A stretch of 64,000 bases of DNA from an uncultured Actinomycetota bacterium (GTDB lineage Bacteria > Actinomycetota > Actinomycetes > Mycobacteriales > SCTD01). The stretch lies in contig CAVXHI010000001.1 in the NCBI GenBank assembly GCA_963761655.1, forward strand, positions 292,683 to 356,682, written 5' to 3'. Under the pieces are notes generated by a model, which was given only the letters and a program-made list of their open reading frames with translations, did no database searches and was not told the DNA's origin. Positions 18,790 to 28,292 of this stretch are shown here, in pieces. A program made the position numbers and the translations under genes. Position 1 is the stretch's first letter, and each line of letters opens with the position of its first letter.

Positions 18790-19563
18790 ATGAGCCGCCC
18801 CGTCGCCCTCGTCACCGGCGCGACCGCGGGGATCGGGGCCGAGTTCGCCCGCCAGCTCGCCGCCCGCGGGCACGACCTGGTGCTCGTCGCCCGCGACACC
18901 GGGCGCCTCGAGGCGATGGCGCGGGAGCTGCGGGACGTCCACGTCGAGCTGCTCGCCGCCGACCTCGCCACCGACGACGGCTGCGCCCGCGTCGAGTGGC
19001 GGCTCGGTGAGGGCGTCGACCTGCTGGTGAACAACGCCGGGCTCGGCAACCCCGGGGCGTTCCACGAGGTCACGCGCGACTCCGAGGAGCACATGCTCCG
19101 GGTCAACGTCCGGGCGGTGCTGCGGCTGACGCACGCCGCCCTGCCGCCGATGGTCGCCCGCGGCAGCGGCCGGGTCCTGAACGTCAGCAGCGTGGCGGGG
19201 TTCGCCCCGGGCGCCCGCGGCGCGACGTACAGCGCCAGCAAGGCCTGGGTGACGAACTTCAGCGAGTCGCTGCACCTGCAGTACGCGCCCCGGGGCGTCA
19301 CGGTGACGGCGCTCTGCCCCGGCTTCACGCGCACGGAGTTCCACAGCCGGGCCGAGATGGACGTCAGCGGGGTCCCCGGCGCCCTGTGGCTGTCGGCCCG
19401 CCGGGTGGTCCGGGACGCCCTGGACGACCTCGACGCCGGCAAGCCCCTGTCCGTGCCGGGCCTGCAGTACAAGGCGATCGTCGGGATCAGCCGCGTCATC
19501 CCGAGCGGGCTGCGGTCGGGTGTGCTGAAGCGGATCGGCGGCCGGATGCCAGGGAAGCGGTAG
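18790..19563 (+). CDS. SDR-family oxidoreductase
   Basis: TGATAGIG, NNAG and a YSASK catalytic motif; 257 aa. Confidence 0.85.
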   Translation: MSRPVALVTGATAGIGAEFARQLAARGHDLVLVARDTGRLEAMARELRDVHVELLAADLATDDGCARVEWRLGEGVDLLVNNAGLGNPGAFHEVTRDSEEHMLRVNVRAVLRLTHAALPPMVARGSGRVLNVSSVAGFAPGARGATYSASKAWVTNFSESLHLQYAPRGVTVTALCPGFTRTEFHSRAEMDVSGVPGALWLSARRVVRDALDDLDAGKPLSVPGLQYKAIVGISRVIPSGLRSGVLKRIGGRMPGKR

Positions 19564-19573
19564 GAGTTCCCGC

Positions 19574-20515
19574 ATGAGGCTGCTGGTGCTGGGCGGGACG
19601 CGGTTCGTCGGGCGGGCCCTCGTCGCCGAGGCACTGTCCAGGAACCACGACGTCGTGGCGCTGAACCGCGGGACGACGCCGCTGCCGGACGGCGCGCGGC
19701 TGCTGCAGGCCGACCGCACCGACGTCGGGCAGCTGGAGCAGGTGCTGGCGGGGGAGCAGTTCGACGCCGTCGTCGACACCTGGGCCGGTGCGCCGAGCGT
19801 CGCCCGGGACGCCGCTCGCCTGGTGCGGGCCGACCGGAAGGCGTACGTGTCGAGCGTGTCGGTCTACGCGTGGGGCCAGCACGCCGACGAGTGCAGCCCG
19901 CTCACGACGGACGCCGACGGGTACGCCGCCGACAAGCTCGGCGGCGAGCGAGCCTGGGGCGACGACGCCGTGCACCTGCGGGCGGGGATGGTCCTCGGAC
20001 CGCACGAGGACGTCGGCCGGCTGCCGTGGTGGCTGGACCGGTGCAGCCGCGGGGGACGCGTCGTCGCGCCGGGGCGCCCGGACCGGCCCCTGCAGTACGT
20101 CGACGCCCGCGACCTCGCCGCGTTCGGCCTGGACCTCCTCGAGCGCGACGCCCGGGGCCCGGTCGACGTCGTCTCCAGGAGCGGCCACGCCACCACGCGC
20201 ACCCTGCTCGAGGCCTGCGTCCAGGTCACGGGCGGCGGGGCGCAGCTGGTCTGGGTCGGCGAGGAGGCGCTGGGGGAGGCGCAGCCGTGGACGCAGCTGC
20301 CGTGCTGGGTGCCCGAGGCCGGCGAGCACGCCGGGTTCATGGAGAGCGACGTCTCCCGGGCCCTCGAGCTCGGGCTGGTGTGCCGCCCGGTGGAGGAGAC
20401 CGTCGCCGACACCTGGGCCTGGCTGCAGCGCGAGGGCGTGCCGCCGCAGCGTCCGGACCGGCCCGCGCACGGCCTGCCCGAGGAGCTGGAGCGGGCCCTA
20501 CTGTCGGGCGCATGA
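19574..20515 (+). CDS. NAD-dependent epimerase/dehydratase-family protein
   Basis: N-terminal Rossmann segment MRLLVLGGTRFVGRAL; 313 aa. Confidence 0.7.
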   Translation: MRLLVLGGTRFVGRALVAEALSRNHDVVALNRGTTPLPDGARLLQADRTDVGQLEQVLAGEQFDAVVDTWAGAPSVARDAARLVRADRKAYVSSVSVYAWGQHADECSPLTTDADGYAADKLGGERAWGDDAVHLRAGMVLGPHEDVGRLPWWLDRCSRGGRVVAPGRPDRPLQYVDARDLAAFGLDLLERDARGPVDVVSRSGHATTRTLLEACVQVTGGGAQLVWVGEEALGEAQPWTQLPCWVPEAGEHAGFMESDVSRALELGLVCRPVEETVADTWAWLQREGVPPQRPDRPAHGLPEELERALLSGA

Positions 20516-21054
20516 CCGACCGCGAGCAGCTGCTGTCCCTCGTCCGCGACCTCGCGGTCGTCCACGGGAAGGTCACCCTCAGCTCCGGCCGGGAGGCCGA
20601 CTACTACGTCGACCTGCGCCGCATCACGCTCCACGGCGTGGCCGCCCCGCTGGTCGGCCGGATCATGCTCGAGCTGACGAAGGATCTCGCGTTCGACGCC
20701 GTCGGGGGGCTGACCATGGGCGCCGACCCGGTGGCCGCCGCGATGCTGCACGCCGCCCACGGCCAGGGCGACCGCCTGGACGCCTTCGTCGTCCGCAAGG
20801 CGGCCAAGGCCCACGGGCTGCAGCGCCGGGTCGAGGGTCCGGACATCGCGGGCCGGCGGGTGCTGGTCGTCGAGGACACCTCCACCACCGGGGGCTCACC
20901 GCTCGAGGCGCTCGCCGCCGTGCGCGAGGCCGGCGCGATCCCGGTCGGCGTCGCGACGATCGCCGACCGCGACACGGGCGCCGGCGCGAAGATCGAGGCC
21001 GAGGGCGTGCCCTACCTGTACGCGTACTCGCTCGACGACCTCGGCCTGCGCTAG
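20512..21054 (+). CDS. pyrE: Orotate phosphoribosyltransferase
   Basis: The ATG overlaps the previous stop (ATGA). GKVTLSSGREADYYVDLR and the PRPP loop VLVVEDTSTTGGS. Confidence 0.92.
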   Translation: MTDREQLLSLVRDLAVVHGKVTLSSGREADYYVDLRRITLHGVAAPLVGRIMLELTKDLAFDAVGGLTMGADPVAAAMLHAAHGQGDRLDAFVVRKAAKAHGLQRRVEGPDIAGRRVLVVEDTSTTGGSPLEALAAVREAGAIPVGVATIADRDTGAGAKIEAEGVPYLYAYSLDDLGLR

Positions 21055-21057
21055 CCC

Positions 21058-21711
21058 GTGGAGGGGCCGCTGCTGGTCTTCGCCGCAGGCATGGCCGGCG
21101 TCGTCGCCCTGGGCGGCTTCTCGGTCCGGGCGCAGCGCCGCCGCACCGCCCGGCTGCTCGCCTTCGCCGCGCAGCAGGGCTGGACGCTGACCCGCCGCGA
21201 CGACGTCTGGGCGCGCACGCTCGAGGGCGAGCCGTTCGGGCACGGGACGGGTCGGCGCTGCGAGACCGTGCTGACCGGCCGCCACCGTGACCGCGACGTC
21301 GTCGCCTTCGACTACAGCTACCGCACGACGACGACGGACAGCAACGGCCAGGCGCAGCAGCAGGTCCACCGGTACGCCGTCGCGGTGCTGCCCCTGCCCG
21401 CGCCGGTGCCCCGGGTCGAGCTGCGGCCGGCGGGACTGCTGTCGTTCGGGGGCCTGCAGTTCGAGAGCGAGGCGTTCAACGACCGCTACCGGGTCCGTGC
21501 CGACGACCCCCGCCTCGCCTACGACGTCCTGCCCGCGCGCAGCCTGCAGCTGCTCCTGGACCGGCCGGACGTGTCGGTGCGCCTGCTGGGAGGCTGCGCC
21601 GTGACCTGGCGCCGCGGACAGCTCGACCCGCCCGAGCTGCTCGAGCGGCTGGGCACCGTCTGCGACCTGCTCGACGGCGTCCCCTCCTTCGTGTGGACGG
21701 ACCGGGCATGA
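21058..21711 (+). CDS. Membrane-associated hypothetical protein (DUF3137-like LemA partner)
   Basis: N-terminal TM helix. It is translationally coupled (ATGA) to the LemA gene. The family assignment is from memory. Confidence 0.6.
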   Translation: MEGPLLVFAAGMAGVVALGGFSVRAQRRRTARLLAFAAQQGWTLTRRDDVWARTLEGEPFGHGTGRRCETVLTGRHRDRDVVAFDYSYRTTTTDSNGQAQQQVHRYAVAVLPLPAPVPRVELRPAGLLSFGGLQFESEAFNDRYRVRADDPRLAYDVLPARSLQLLLDRPDVSVRLLGGCAVTWRRGQLDPPELLERLGTVCDLLDGVPSFVWTDRA

Positions 21712-22235
21712 CGGTCGCGCTGCTGCTCCTGCTGGCCGCCCTGGTCGCGGTCTACGCCGTCGTCGCGAGCAACCGGTTCGTGCGCCAGCGGCACCTGGTC
21801 GAGGAGTCGGCCCGGCAGGTCGAGGTCGAGCTCAGGCGCCGGCAGGACCTCGTCCCGGCCCTGGTCGAGACGGTCCGGGCGTACGAGCAGCACGAGAGCG
21901 GCCTGCTGCGCGAGCTGGTCAGCGCCCGGGACGAGGCGGTCGCGGCCAGCGGCCCGGACGTCGGTCCGGCGGAGGAGCGGCTGACCCGGGCCCTGCACGC
22001 CCTGCCGCCGCTGCAGACCGGGCCGGTGCAGCAGCTGCAGGCGCAGCTGGCCGAGACCGAGGACCGGATCGCCGCGGCCCGGCGCTTCCACACCGCGAAC
22101 GTCCGGGCGCTCGACGTCCGGCTCGACACGTTCCCCAGCTCGGCCGTCGCCCGGCTCACCGGCGTGGAGCGGCCGGACACCGACGAGCTCACCGAGCTCG
22201 AGCGCGCGTCGCTCGAGCAGTACCCGGAGGTCTGA
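21708..22235 (+). CDS. LemA-family protein
   Basis: N-terminal TM helix, then NRFVRQRHLVEESARQVEVELRRRQDLVPALVETVRAYEQHE, the LemA signature region. Confidence 0.8.
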   Translation: MTVALLLLLAALVAVYAVVASNRFVRQRHLVEESARQVEVELRRRQDLVPALVETVRAYEQHESGLLRELVSARDEAVAASGPDVGPAEERLTRALHALPPLQTGPVQQLQAQLAETEDRIAAARRFHTANVRALDVRLDTFPSSAVARLTGVERPDTDELTELERASLEQYPEV

Positions 22236-22236
22236 G

Positions 22237-23439
22237 ATGCGTGCCCTGGTGGCCGACCTGTCCGACCTGCGCGCGGTCTCGACCGTCGTCCGGGGCCGCT
22301 TCCAGCCTGATGCCGCCTGGCGCCGGACGGGGGTGCTCCGGATGCGGGACGTCCCGACCCCGCAGGTCCGCCCGGGCTTCGTCCGCGTCCGCCCGACGTC
22401 GTCCGGCATCTGCGGCAGCGACCTCAAGCTGCTGCACGTGACCGGCCTGTCACCGGTGCTGACGGCCTACAGCCCGGCCCGCCGGGCGGTGCTCGGGCAC
22501 GAGGTCACCGGGGTGGTCGAGGCCGTGGGGGCGGGGGTGACCCGGGTGCGCGAGGGCGACGCCGTCCTCGTCGAGCCCACCCTGCGCTGCCTGCACAAGG
22601 GGCTGCCGGACTGCCGCCGGTGCGCGGCCGGGGAGGGGCACCTGTGCGAGCGGCTCGACGTCGCGGGCGACCTCTGCGTGGGGCAGGGCGTGGGCTTCAG
22701 CGACGTCGTCGGGGGCGGCTGGAGCGAAGGGCTGCTCGCCCACGAGACGATGCTGCAGAGCGCGGCGGGCCTCGCGCCGGACCGCGCCGTGCTGGCCGAG
22801 CCGGCCGCCGTCGCCCTGCACGCGGTGCTGCGGTGGCAGCGCTCCGGCGACCGGGTCGTCGTCGTCGGGCCGGGGACGATCGGGCTGCTGGTCACGGCGA
22901 CGCTGCGGGCGCTGCACCCCGACCTGGACATCACCGTCGTCTGCGCGGGCACCGGTGCGGACCGTGCGCTGGCTGCCGGAGCCGACCGGACGGTGCAGCA
23001 GCCGAGCGCCGGCGTCCTCGAGCAGGTGGCCGCCCAGCTGGGGGCCCGCCTGCTCAGGCCCCGCCTCGGCGCGCTGCCCGTGCTCGACACGGGGGTGGAC
23101 GCGGTCTTCGACTGCGTGGCGAACTCCGCCACCATCGACCTCGGGCTGCGACTGCTCCGGGCCCGCGGCAGCTACGTCATGGTCGGGACGGCGGGCAAGG
23201 CCGCCGTCGACTGGTCGCTCGTGTGGTTCCGCGAGCTCACCCTGCTGGGCACCGTGGTCTACGGCGAGCAGGACGGCGTCCGCGACTTCGCCCGAGTCCG
23301 CGACCTGCTGGCCGACGACGCCTACCGGGTCGACGGCCTCGTGACCCACCGGTTCGGGCTGGGCGACTACGCCGAGGCCCTGACGACGGCGTCCCGCGGA
23401 CCGGCCGCCGGGGCGGTCAAGGTGGTCCTTCAGCCCTGA
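22237..23439 (+). CDS. Zinc-dependent alcohol dehydrogenase-family (MDR) protein
   Basis: GICGSDL, GHEVTGVV, the structural-Zn Cys cluster CRRCAAGEGHLC and the Rossmann segment VVVVGPGTIG. Confidence 0.8.
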   Translation: MRALVADLSDLRAVSTVVRGRFQPDAAWRRTGVLRMRDVPTPQVRPGFVRVRPTSSGICGSDLKLLHVTGLSPVLTAYSPARRAVLGHEVTGVVEAVGAGVTRVREGDAVLVEPTLRCLHKGLPDCRRCAAGEGHLCERLDVAGDLCVGQGVGFSDVVGGGWSEGLLAHETMLQSAAGLAPDRAVLAEPAAVALHAVLRWQRSGDRVVVVGPGTIGLLVTATLRALHPDLDITVVCAGTGADRALAAGADRTVQQPSAGVLEQVAAQLGARLLRPRLGALPVLDTGVDAVFDCVANSATIDLGLRLLRARGSYVMVGTAGKAAVDWSLVWFRELTLLGTVVYGEQDGVRDFARVRDLLADDAYRVDGLVTHRFGLGDYAEALTTASRGPAAGAVKVVLQP

Positions 23440-24077
23440 CGGGCGGCCTTGCGGGCCTTCAGCAGCTCGAAGGCGATCGGCAGGACGCTGATCCCGATGA
23501 TGATCAGCGCGAACAGCTCGAGGTTCTTGCCGATGACCTCGACGTCGCCCAGGAAGTAGCCGAGCAGGGGCACGCCGACGCCCCACAGCACCGCCCCGAC
23601 GGCGTTCCAGGTGACGAAGGTGCGGGTCGTCATGTCGGTGGCGCCGGCGATCGGGTTGAGGAAGGTGCGGACGATCGGGATGAAGCGGGCCAGCACGATC
23701 GCCTTGGCCTCGCCGTAGCGCTCGATCACCTCGTCGGCCTGCGTGACGTACTTCTTCTTGAACAGCCGGGAGTCGTCGCGGTCGAACAGGGCGGGGCCGG
23801 CCGTGCGGCCGATGAGGAAGCCGCACTGCGCACCGAGGAAGGCGACCAGCGGGACGAGGACGAGCACCAGGCCGAGCGACGGCTGCACGCCCGGGAGGCC
23901 GCCCGCGGCCGCGAACCCGGCGGCGAACAGCAGGCTGTCGCCCGGGAGGAAGAAGCCGACCAGCAGGCCGGTCTCGGCGAAGATGACCAGCAGCATGCCG
24001 GCCAGCCCGAACGTCTCGATCAGGTGCTGTCCGTCGAGGATCGCGGGCAGGGCCACCGTCGTCACCTGTGCAGACAC
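23430..24077 (-). CDS. DedA/VTT-family membrane protein
   Basis: 215 aa: ETGLLVGFFLPGDSLLF, RFIPIVRTF. Confidence 0.85.
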   Translation of the reverse strand: MSAQVTTVALPAILDGQHLIETFGLAGMLLVIFAETGLLVGFFLPGDSLLFAAGFAAAGGLPGVQPSLGLVLVLVPLVAFLGAQCGFLIGRTAGPALFDRDDSRLFKKKYVTQADEVIERYGEAKAIVLARFIPIVRTFLNPIAGATDMTTRTFVTWNAVGAVLWGVGVPLLGYFLGDVEVIGKNLELFALIIIGISVLPIAFELLKARKAARQG

Positions 24078-24099
24078 CGCCCCAGGCTACGGTCCGCCG

Positions 24100-25470
24100 G
24101 TGACTGAGCGGCTGGTCGTCATCGGCGGTGATGCCGCCGGGATGAGCGCGGCCAGCCAGGCGCGGAAGCGCCGCGGGTCCGACGACCTGTCGATCGTGGC
24201 CTTCGAGAAGGGTCGCGCGACCTCCTACAGCGCCTGCGGGATCCCGTACTGGATCGGCGGTGCCGTCGACAGCGAGCAGGACCTCGTGGCCCGCACGCCG
24301 GACCAGCACCGGGCGGCCGGCATCGACCTCCGCACCTGCACGGAGGTCACCGCCATCGACCTCGCGGCCCGGACCGTCCACTGGCGCGGACCCGACGGCG
24401 AGGGCGACGAGCCGTTCGACTCCCTCGTCTACGCGACCGGCAGCGTGCCCATGCGCCCACCGGTCCCGGGCATCGACGCCGAGGGCGTCCACGGCGTGCA
24501 GACGCTCGACGACGGCGTCGACCTGCGGGCCGAGCTCGACAGCGGGCGGGTCCGGCGGGTGGTCGTCGTCGGGGGCGGCTACATCGGGCTCGAGATCGCC
24601 GAGGCCTGCCAGGTGCGCGGGTTCGACGTCACCGTCGTCGACCGGTCCGCCACGCCGGTGGGCACGTTCGACCCCGACATCGGGGAGTTCATCGCCGACG
24701 CCGTCCGGCGCATGGGCATCGCCCTCGTCATGTCCGACGGCGTCGCATCGATCGAGACCGGTCCGGACGGGCGGGTGCGGGCCGTCGTCACGGCGTCCGG
24801 GCGGGAGCTGCCGGCCGACCTCGTCGTCCTCGGGCTCGGCGTGCGGCCGAACGTGCGCCTGGCGCAGGAGGCCGGGATCCCGCTCGGCGTCAGCGGGGGG
24901 ATCGCGGTCGACCGCAGGATGCGTACCGAGGTGGACGGGGTCTGGGCGGCCGGCGACTGCGTCGAGAGCGTGCACCGGCTGTCGGGCCAGCGGCTCGTCG
25001 TCGCCCTGGGCACCCACGCGAACAAGCAGGGGCGCGTCGCGGGGGTGAACCTCGGCGGCGGCTACGCGACCTTCCCCGGCGTCATCGGCACGGCGATCAC
25101 CAAGGTGTGCGACCTCGAGGCGGCCCGCACCGGGCTGTCGAGCGTCGAGGCCGAGGCCGCCGGCTACGACTTCGTGACGGCGAGCGTCGACTCCACGACC
25201 AAGGCCGGCTACTTCCCGGGGGCGAAGCCGATCCGGGTCAAGATGATCGCCGAGCGCCGGAGCGGCCGGCTGCTGGGGGCGCAGGTCGTGGGGCGCGAGG
25301 CGGCGGCCAAGCGGATCGACGCGCTGGCGATCGCGGTCTGGAACGAGATGAGCGTCGACGAGGTGCTCTCGCTCGACCTGTCCTACGCCCCGCCGTTCTC
25401 GCCCGTGTGGGACCCCGTGCTGATCGCCGCCAGGAAGGCCTTCGAGGCCGTGGAGGCGGACGCTCGCTAG
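24100..25470 (+). CDS. FAD-dependent pyridine nucleotide-disulfide oxidoreductase (CoA-disulfide reductase / NADH oxidase type)
   Basis: GTG at 24100 within ORF 23743..25470. VVIGGDAAGMSAA, active-site SYSACGIPY, a second Rossmann VVVVGGGYIGLE and AAGDC. Confidence 0.85.
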   Translation: MTERLVVIGGDAAGMSAASQARKRRGSDDLSIVAFEKGRATSYSACGIPYWIGGAVDSEQDLVARTPDQHRAAGIDLRTCTEVTAIDLAARTVHWRGPDGEGDEPFDSLVYATGSVPMRPPVPGIDAEGVHGVQTLDDGVDLRAELDSGRVRRVVVVGGGYIGLEIAEACQVRGFDVTVVDRSATPVGTFDPDIGEFIADAVRRMGIALVMSDGVASIETGPDGRVRAVVTASGRELPADLVVLGLGVRPNVRLAQEAGIPLGVSGGIAVDRRMRTEVDGVWAAGDCVESVHRLSGQRLVVALGTHANKQGRVAGVNLGGGYATFPGVIGTAITKVCDLEAARTGLSSVEAEAAGYDFVTASVDSTTKAGYFPGAKPIRVKMIAERRSGRLLGAQVVGREAAAKRIDALAIAVWNEMSVDEVLSLDLSYAPPFSPVWDPVLIAARKAFEAVEADAR

Positions 25471-25506
25471 GGTCCGGGCACCGCCCGTACGAGCCAGGAG
25501 CCCACC

Positions 25507-26526
25507 GTGCCGATCGCCACCCCCGACAGCTACGCCGCGATGCTCGACCGCGCGAAGGAGGGGCGGTTCGCCTACCCGGCGATCAACGTCACGAGCAGCT
25601 CGACCCTGGTCGCGGCCCTGCGCGGGTTCGCCGAGGCCGAGAGCGACGGCATCGTGCAGGTCAGCACCGGCGGTGCGGAGTTCCTGTCCGGCAGCACCGT
25701 CAAGGACATGGTCCTCGGGGCGACCGCGCTGGCCGAGTACGCCCACCACGTCGCCAAGGCCTACGACGTCACGATCGCCCTGCACACCGACCACTGCCCG
25801 AAGGACAAGCTCGACGGGTACATGCGCCCGCTCATCGCGCTCAGCCAGGAGCGCGTCGACGCCGGCCGCGACCCGCTGTTCCAGTCGCACATGTGGGACG
25901 GCTCGGCGGTCGAGCTCGACGAGAACCTGCAGATCGCCCAGGAGCTGCTCGAGAAGTGCGGCAACGCCAAGATCGTCATGGAGATGGAGATCGGCGTCGT
26001 CGGCGGCGAGGAGGACGGCGTCGAGAACGCCATCAACGAGAAGCTCTACACGACGACCGAGGACGCCCTCAGGACCGCCGAGGCGCTCGGCACCACGAAC
26101 GGCCGCTACCTGCTGGCCGCCACGTTCGGGAACGTCCACGGCGTCTACAAGCCGGGCAACGTCAAGCTCAAGCCGACCATCCTCAAGGAGATCCAGGACG
26201 CCGTCGGCGCGAAGACCGGCGTCGACCGGCCCTTCGACCTCGTCTTCCACGGCGGCAGCGGCTCGCTGCTCGAGGAGATCCGCGAGACCCTCGACTACGG
26301 CGTCGTGAAGATGAACGTCGACACCGACACGCAGTACGCCTACTCCCGCCCGGTCGTCGACCACATGTTCAGCAACTACGCCGGCGTGCTCAAGGTCGAC
26401 GGCGAGGTCGGCAACAAGAAGCAGTACGACCCGCGTGCGTGGGGCAAGGCCGCCGAGGCCGGGATGGCCGCCCGCGTCGTCCAGGCCTGCGAGGACCTGC
26501 GCAGCACCGGCACCCGCCTGCGGTAG
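25507..26526 (+). CDS. fbaA: Class II fructose-bisphosphate aldolase
   Basis: 339 aa: PAINVTSSST, LHTDHC, EMEIGVVGGEEDG, FGNVHGVYK. Confidence 0.95.
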   Translation: MPIATPDSYAAMLDRAKEGRFAYPAINVTSSSTLVAALRGFAEAESDGIVQVSTGGAEFLSGSTVKDMVLGATALAEYAHHVAKAYDVTIALHTDHCPKDKLDGYMRPLIALSQERVDAGRDPLFQSHMWDGSAVELDENLQIAQELLEKCGNAKIVMEMEIGVVGGEEDGVENAINEKLYTTTEDALRTAEALGTTNGRYLLAATFGNVHGVYKPGNVKLKPTILKEIQDAVGAKTGVDRPFDLVFHGGSGSLLEEIRETLDYGVVKMNVDTDTQYAYSRPVVDHMFSNYAGVLKVDGEVGNKKQYDPRAWGKAAEAGMAARVVQACEDLRSTGTRLR

Positions 26527-26536
26527 GCCTCCTGCA

Positions 26537-26554
26537 GACAGGTCGTGACCTGTC
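26537..26554 (+). terminator. Short GC hairpin after fbaA (GACAGGTC-GT-GACCTGTC)
   Basis: A palindrome lies 11 nt after the stop. A second 9-bp hairpin, CCACCGGCC-CGCG-GGCCGGTGG, is at 26582-26603. There is no U-tract. Confidence 0.4.
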
Positions 26555-26629
26555 CGTTACTCTCCCTGCGACCACACACCTCCACCGGCCCGCGGGCCGG
26601 TGGTCTTCGCGCTCGCCCGCCGAGTCCCG

Positions 26630-26790
26630 TCCCCGGGCGCGAAGAAGACCTCTCCCGGGACGGGAGCGGGGGACCCACACGTCCCACCGGCCGGTCGCGT
26701 CCAGCGTCGGGCCTCGGGGTGAAGCGCTGCTGCCGCAGAGCGCCGGGCGACCTCCTCGTCCGAACCCGACAGCTCACCCCGCAGGCGTCA
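26630..26790 (+). ncRNA. c-di-AMP riboswitch (ydaO/yuaA class) in the rpf leader
   Basis: Conserved segments GAGCGGGGGACCCA, CGGGGUGAAGC and CCGAACCCGACAGCUCACCCCGCAGGCGU lie immediately 5' of the RBS GGGAAGGA. The boundaries are approximate. Confidence 0.8.
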
Positions 26791-26804
26791 GGGAAGGACC
26801 CGCT

Positions 26805-27608
26805 GTGCCCCTGTTCCGTCCTGCCGGCAAGCACGCCAAGCCCAGCGCGGCTGCTCCCGCCGCGATCGCCGGCGGCATGACCGCCGCGTTCCTCCTCGGC
26901 GACGGCACCGCGGCGCACGCCTCGGCGGCGAACTCCCAGTGGGACCGGCTCGCGCAGTGCGAGTCCGGGGGCAACTGGTCGATCAACACCGGCAACGGCT
27001 ACTACGGCGGCCTGCAGTTCGACGTCAGCACCTGGCGCGCCTACGGCGGCAGCGGCCGGCCCGACCAGAACAGCCGCGGCGAGCAGATCCGCGTCGCGAA
27101 CAACCTGCACGACGCCCGCGGCTGGTCGCCCTGGCCGTCCTGCTCCCGCAAGCTCGGGCTGCGCGGCGGCTCGCCCCGCGAGGCCGTGCAGGAGACCGCG
27201 CCGGTCGCGAAGGCCGAGACGGTCCAGGCGGCGCCCCGCCGCGAGGTGCAGCGCGCCAGCCGCACCCGCCGCGCGGTGCTGCCGCCCAAGCCCGCCGTGC
27301 CGATGCTCGGCAAGTACCAGGCCAGCGCCCGCAGGAGCGTCGTCGTCGGCCTGGCGACGGTGAAGGCCCCGAACTTCGACGGTCGCGTCATGACCGCCGC
27401 CGACCGCGACGTCTACCGCCTCGCGACCAAGCAGTGGCAGCGCCGGATGGCGGCCCGCGGCTGGGACGTCGTCGTCGACGGCAAGTTCGGCCCGCAGTCG
27501 GCCTCGGTCGCGAAGCGCTTCGCCACGCAGAAGGGCCTGGAGCCCGCGGTCGCCGGCACGGTCGACGCCCCCGTCTGGGCCGCCGCCTGGACGACCGCCG
27601 TCAGCTGA
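26805..27608 (+). CDS. rpf: Resuscitation-promoting factor (Rpf transglycosylase domain plus C-terminal peptidoglycan-binding domain)
   Basis: Signal peptide, WDRLAQCESGGNWSINTGNGYYGGLQF, and a C-terminal DGKFGPQSASVAKRFATQKGL PG_binding-like motif. Confidence 0.9.
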   Translation: MPLFRPAGKHAKPSAAAPAAIAGGMTAAFLLGDGTAAHASAANSQWDRLAQCESGGNWSINTGNGYYGGLQFDVSTWRAYGGSGRPDQNSRGEQIRVANNLHDARGWSPWPSCSRKLGLRGGSPREAVQETAPVAKAETVQAAPRREVQRASRTRRAVLPPKPAVPMLGKYQASARRSVVVGLATVKAPNFDGRVMTAADRDVYRLATKQWQRRMAARGWDVVVDGKFGPQSASVAKRFATQKGLEPAVAGTVDAPVWAAAWTTAVS

Positions 27609-28275
27609 CGGGCGCCTTCACCGCCAGCAGCAGCAGGTAGCTCAGCGCGCCGTCCCGGACGGCCCGCTCACAGGCCCGGGCCGTGCGGGCGTGCCGCGGG
27701 CTGACGAAGGTCAGCACCCGGCGCACACGTCGCAGCAGGGCGCGGGCGTCGTCGGCGCGGTCCTCGGAGGCCGTCACGACGAAGCCGGCCCGCGCGAGCA
27801 GCGCCCGGTAGCCGTCGGCCGTCCAGGCCGAGGTCAGCGCGTCGACGGCCGCCACCACCTCGGGCTGCGCGGTGTCGCGGTCGAGCACGACGTCGGTCAG
27901 GACCAGGACGCCGTCCGGCCGGAGCACCCGGGCCGCCTCGGCGAGGGCCTGCAGGGGGTCGTCGAAGGTCGACAGCGCGCACTCGAGCAGGACGCCGTCG
28001 AGCACGCCGTCGGGCAGGGGGAGCGCCTGCGCGTCCGCCACCACGGCCCGCCCCGCGCACCGCTCCACCGCCCGCGGCTCGACGTCGACCCCGAGGGCGG
28101 TCGCGCCCCGGTCCTGCAGGACCCGCAGCGTCGCGCCGTCCCCGCAGGCGACGTCCAGGATCCGGTCGCCCCCGCCGAGGCCGGCGAGCACCAGGGCGTG
28201 CACGGTGAGGTCGGTGCCCCCGGGGTGCGCCGTGGCCCCGAGCAGGGCCCGGGCGGTGCGCGTCGCGTAGTCCAC
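27601..28275 (-). CDS. Class I SAM-dependent methyltransferase
   Basis: Real part of ORF 27601..28947, with GTG at 28275. ILDVACGDG motif I and LRPDGVLVLTD. Confidence 0.8.
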   Translation of the reverse strand: MDYATRTARALLGATAHPGGTDLTVHALVLAGLGGGDRILDVACGDGATLRVLQDRGATALGVDVEPRAVERCAGRAVVADAQALPLPDGVLDGVLLECALSTFDDPLQALAEAARVLRPDGVLVLTDVVLDRDTAQPEVVAAVDALTSAWTADGYRALLARAGFVVTASEDRADDARALLRRVRRVLTFVSPRHARTARACERAVRDGALSYLLLLAVKAPVS

Positions 28276-28292
28276 GGCCCCATCATGGTCGG

